Source: an uncultured Chlamydiae bacterium
Lineage (GTDB): Bacteria > Chlamydiota > Chlamydiia > Chlamydiales > SM23-39
DNA length: 64,000 bases
Assembly: GCA_963828125.1 (NCBI GenBank)
Contig: CAWHDP010000001.1
Coordinates: 256,001 to 320,000, forward strand
Reading direction: 5' to 3'
Shown piece by piece: positions 60,647 to 64,000 of the stretch. The stretch's first letter is position 1; each line of letters begins with the position of its first letter. A program made the position numbers and the translations under genes. A model generated the notes under the pieces. That model did no database searches and was not told the DNA's origin. It saw only the letters and a program-made list of their open reading frames with translations.

Positions 60647-60842
60647 CGACTTAGGTAAATATATATTGGAAGCTCATGAGAGAAGTTTTGAGAGGGCTTT
60701 TGAGACGGCTGTTCGTACTGATACAGCTCTTGTTTTCTCTCGCAATGGTAAGATTGTGGAAGTCAAACCTCCCTATCGATATGAGCTTGTTCCAATCAAA
60801 CCAGCTAAAAAGAAAAAAGCGACGGTGCGACGTAAAAAATAG
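60639..60842 (+). CDS. Small partner protein of the zeta-like ATPase
   Basis: Overlapping start; LVFSRNGKIV motif. Confidence 0.6.
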   Translation: MSDDLGKYILEAHERSFERAFETAVRTDTALVFSRNGKIVEVKPPYRYELVPIKPAKKKKATVRRKK

Positions 60843-60998
60843 TATCCCCCCGCTCCTCAGCATGGCACAAATTTGGCACACTGGGGCGCAAAAGCAGGCA
60901 GCACTGGCCAGCACAAGCCAAAAGTTCAAAAAATCCTAAACATTTAATCCTGTCGCTGCTACATTCTATGGGATGTTGTCAGGTGCTGTGCCTGAAGT

Positions 60999-61057
60999 GA
61001 CTGTTAATCCATGGGTCGTATGTTCGAATCATACACCCGGAGTTTCTCTATAGAAAT
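60999..61057 (+). repeat. att core copy 8, extending into the same downstream sequence as the intact tRNA
   Basis: One T>G change; continues GGAGTTTCTCTATAGAAAT as at 7221-7239. Confidence 0.92.
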
Positions 61058-61313
61058 AGGGGTAAAAGTACCCTCGAAAAAAGACTCTCTTGCCGGAGAA
61101 ATACGGAAATCCAACGGAGTTTGGAAATTCGTCCTTCAGTCATCCAAAACAGAGCCCACACAATTGTGTGTCGGGTTCTCTTTGGAGTGTTGATCCGGTG
61201 ATCCTCGGTATCAAATTCACACTCCTTTTCGAAACTAGCCTGACTTTACAAGTTAACTGAAAAAAAAGTCCATTTCTCGAGGAGAAATGGACAGACATGA
61301 TGTATTACCCCTT

Positions 61314-62078
61314 TTAGGTAGCTCCGATACTCGGCTCACTCGCTAAAACATCGCAAATTCCGAAAAGTTCGGCTAGTTTCTTTTGGAGGGGATTCATTCT
61401 GCTCATGGTAAACTGAGTTTTCTGTTTGCTTCCCTGAGGGGCCGAGTAAAGGAGAGCCACTTCTTTTATACCCGACAAGTCATCCAATAATTTTGGAAGA
61501 GAGAGTTCCGTGCCAGCCTCCCACGCCATTTTACGAGCCAAGGTTGCCAATAGCAGAGCCAAGACACAGTAGAGAGAATGTACTTTAATTTTTTGGTCTG
61601 TCCAATGGAACGCTGGCTGCCATCGGAGATACTCCCGATTTTTCATGAGTTTGAAAGCTTCCTCAATATTGGCCAGGTCATGGTAGCAAGAAATGACTTC
61701 CGTAGACAACCAGCTCAGTCTATTCGTGATGAGTAATGTTCTCCCAAGGTGTGTTGCTGTGAGATTTTCCAATCCTTCTCGATTCACAGAGTAGCGTAGG
61801 TTGTAAACCCCGCCGCTCTCGGATCAATCGACCGAAAATACTTTGTCCATATGTTGAGGCGATAGGATCTGTTTGAGCCGCTCTTTAATCTTGGTACCGG
61901 TAGGACGAGGTCCCTTCGGCTTCTTTTCACTGGACCAGGACAACAGGTAATGCTGAAGATTTTTGAGTTGATTTTGACATTTCGTCATACCCGCTGTTAT
62001 TGCCGCAAGCTGCTCAGTGAAAAAGCTCTCTGAATAGGACACCGTGATTACCTCAATTTTATGAGCACTTGCGATCAA
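61314..62078 (-). pseudogene. IS1634-like transposase C-terminal fragments
   Basis: GRTLLITN, YH.LANIEEAFKLMK, P.FHWTD.KI.VH...CVLALLL; N-terminus absent, internal break. Confidence 0.75.
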
Positions 62079-62106
62079 TCATTTTATCTTATTTTTTAGA
62101 GATGAT

Positions 62107-62409
62107 TCAAGTTAATCGTAAATTCAATCCTAAAGCAATCACCAGAGAAACAAGAGTATGCCATTTAGGATTACCCTTTTCTGAAAGAGTTTTGTAGAGG
62201 CTTTCTCTTCCTATGCCCGCTTTTTTTGCGAGATTCCCAACACCACCTTGTGCTTCGGCAACATTGCGAATAGCGACGAGGAAAAGATGTTGAGATTCTT
62301 CATCACCTTTAAGACTTTCTTCTAAGGCAGCATTGAGATAAGCAACGGCTTCATCGTGATCCTTTAGCTTTTCTAAAAGCCACTCTTGATAATTTTTATT
62401 TTTTGCCAT
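62107..62409 (-). CDS. Addiction-module antidote protein (HI1420-like HTH)
   Basis: AYLNAALEE, A.A.GG...LA.KAG..RESLYKTLS..GNP. Confidence 0.87.
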   Translation of the reverse strand: MAKNKNYQEWLLEKLKDHDEAVAYLNAALEESLKGDEESQHLFLVAIRNVAEAQGGVGNLAKKAGIGRESLYKTLSEKGNPKWHTLVSLVIALGLNLRLT

Positions 62410-62737
62410 GTTTTTTCTCCCTCAATTGGTACTCTTTTAAATACTCCTTAGCTTTATTAATGTCCTTGGTTTGCGAACTTTTATCACCACCACAAAGCAA
62501 GAGTACGACCTTATTGCCTCTTTTCGAGTAATAGACTCTAATTCCTGGCCCATAGTGAATTTTCAATTCTGCAATTCCATCACCAAGAGCCTTACAATCA
62601 CCAAAGTTTCCCACTTTTAGGCGATCAAGCCGTGTAAGGATTTTGGCGCGAGTATGCAGTTCCCTTAGGCTTTCAAACCAATCATCAAAAGGGCAGTGAC
62701 CAGAAGCTGTTTCGTAAAGCTCAATCTCGATTTCCAT
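62396..62737 (-). CDS. Addiction-module killer protein (HI1419-like RelE)
   Basis: PF..W...L, RL..GNFGD.K..G.G..EL.I.YGPG.RVYY, LLLCGGDK..Q.KDI. Confidence 0.88.
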   Translation of the reverse strand: MEIEIELYETASGHCPFDDWFESLRELHTRAKILTRLDRLKVGNFGDCKALGDGIAELKIHYGPGIRVYYSKRGNKVVLLLCGGDKSSQTKDINKAKEYLKEYQLREKKHGKK

Positions 62738-62838
62738 AATTTCATTGTATCCTGCAAGATACATTATTGACAAAAGGTTTGTAAAAGGCTAAATGTGAAG
62801 TGGTTAAAAATTTATCTTTAAAGCCTAACCAGTCAAAA

Positions 62839-63008
62839 GTTCGAAGTGTTCCCAGTATCTGGAGTTCTTCTATGAAAAATAGGGACAAAAGAGGACCTCA
62901 AAAAGAAGCCTCAAACAGTCAAATGCCGTAATCTTGCCGGAGTACGGAACTTCCTTAAATTACCCAAGCAGGGTGTCGATTCCGTTCAATTTACGGCAAT
63001 CATTAGAA
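62839..63008 (+). repeat. Degenerate junction with a module-1-type left arm
   Basis: GTTCGAA...GGAGTT remnant; GGAG lies 51 bp before CAAACAGTC, as at 7221/7272. Confidence 0.7.
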
Positions 63009-63155
63009 GGCAACCAAGTAACAGGCAAACTTAGATAGACGATGCAAAGCTTTTTTAGCCTCTGTGCTAAGGGGTTGTCCGGAAATAACTTTTAGAGCTG
63101 CATAGAGAAAAAGTCGCACTTTTCATAGAGTAATGCCAATTCTCACCATGGGTCA

Positions 63156-63217
63156 AAATAGGGGGGTGGGTCACTTTTCAATGTCGAAAGGGGGTCATTT
63201 TACATTGTCGCCTGACA
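63156..63217 (-). mobile_element. Isolated left end of the IS21 element
   Basis: Reverse complement of ~38681-38742 with one mismatch. Confidence 0.85.
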
Positions 63218-63351
63218 CGTGGAGCCTTGTAGAGCTTTTCCGTGCAGTGATAGAGATCCTGAAGGGAGAAAAAACAGCAACCCAACTCGCAGGTGAATTG
63301 GGAGTGCACCAAAACTTTACCATTTCCTTACTGAATTTTAACAGCTGGTAA
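63218..63351 (+). pseudogene. IS3-family OrfA HTH fragment
   Basis: AVIEILKGEKTATQLAGELGVH. Confidence 0.5.
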
Positions 63352-63353
63352 AT

Positions 63354-63941
63354 TTAAGAATAGTGGTATTCCATTTCTTCATTTTTTTTGGGGCCGATCA
63401 CGCGCCAGTTAAGGCGAATGCTATGACGATCCCATAGGACCTGGGCAAGATAGGCGTCTTCTTCGCAAAGATGAGAATCCATGGAAGCTAGGCGATTGCT
63501 ACCCGTGGGAGCCAAATGAAAGAGAAACACGGGACAGCTAGGGCCCAAGCGCAAGTGCTCTAGAGAGATCATTCCCGCTTCTCTATCCAACGTCCAGCGA
63601 AATGTGTTGCTAAACGTCATGTTTTGGTCTTGTCGTATTTGCCACGAACCTCTTTCATGAAATATCAAAATATGATCGCTTTCCCTAGACACGAGAACGT
63701 CTCCCTTCCCTTTTCCGTTCCAACCGGTTTCTTCTTTGGATCGCGATTTTGCGTGGAGAGTCAGTTGCTTCATCGTCTTTAGTTTTTCCCAAAAACCAAG
63801 AAGAAGCGGCTCTTGAATCCGTTTTTCGAGAGTATCTTGCTGAACGAGAGAATAAAGTTTTTTGTCCTGCGGAGAAAGAAGGGTATAGGCTTTTTTTAAC
63901 AGCTGTTCTAGCTCGCTGAGCAAGGGATAAGAGGGATTCAA
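63354..63941 (-). CDS. DUF6314-like protein, probably the return to core chromosome
   Basis: F.E.G.W, N.FRW, H.R.G...VFLF.L, HLC..D.Y, W.V.GPKK......Y motifs. Confidence 0.7.
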   Translation of the reverse strand: MNPSYPLLSELEQLLKKAYTLLSPQDKKLYSLVQQDTLEKRIQEPLLLGFWEKLKTMKQLTLHAKSRSKEETGWNGKGKGDVLVSRESDHILIFHERGSWQIRQDQNMTFSNTFRWTLDREAGMISLEHLRLGPSCPVFLFHLAPTGSNRLASMDSHLCEEDAYLAQVLWDRHSIRLNWRVIGPKKNEEMEYHYS

Positions 63942-64000
63942 TTGGTAAAGCTTTGTTTTTCCCTCAGAATAGCTGATGATGATCCTTCCCTGCTCTAGCC

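Larger units (their letters stand above)
7181..63008. mobile_element. Tandem array of tRNA-Asn-integrated islands/cassettes
   Basis: Seven direct repeats of the tRNA 3' half, one degenerate junction, two integrase genes and dense accessory cargo; the right boundary is approximate. Confidence 0.88.

Noticed and set aside
20372..61057. tRNA-half repeats as a CRISPR array or extra tRNA genes
   Set aside because: Spacing is kilobases, no cas genes are present, and the copies lack the 5' acceptor strand and D arm.

Overview
Chlamydiae-like chromosome segment. It opens with the conserved block rplS-rnhB-yicC-gmk-rpoZ-like-metG-recD2 (1-7.1 kb) and an intact tRNA-Asn(GTT) at 7153-7224. A ~56 kb accessory region follows, organised as a tandem array of modules anchored on that tRNA. 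Seven further copies of the tRNA 3' half (att cores from 20372, 35515, 51581, 53058, 55192, 57512 and 60999) and one degenerate junction (~62861) delimit the modules. Five junctions carry a conserved upstream arm at fixed spacing. Module 1 has the only intact tyrosine integrase, plus an Xis-like gene, an SF3-type helicase, an iteron-like region and GNAT/APH cargo. Module 2 has a nonsense-inactivated integrase and a different replication module. The other modules (1.5-16 kb) lack integrases and carry about eight toxin-antitoxin-type loci, GNATs, kinases, surface proteins, and a DUF3800 gene with a structured 3' RNA-like element hit by a deleted group IIC intron. Several IS elements (ISAs1, ISKra4, IS1634, IS21, IS5/IS1182-like) have remodelled the region. 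All family calls come from motif recognition by eye; no database searches were run.
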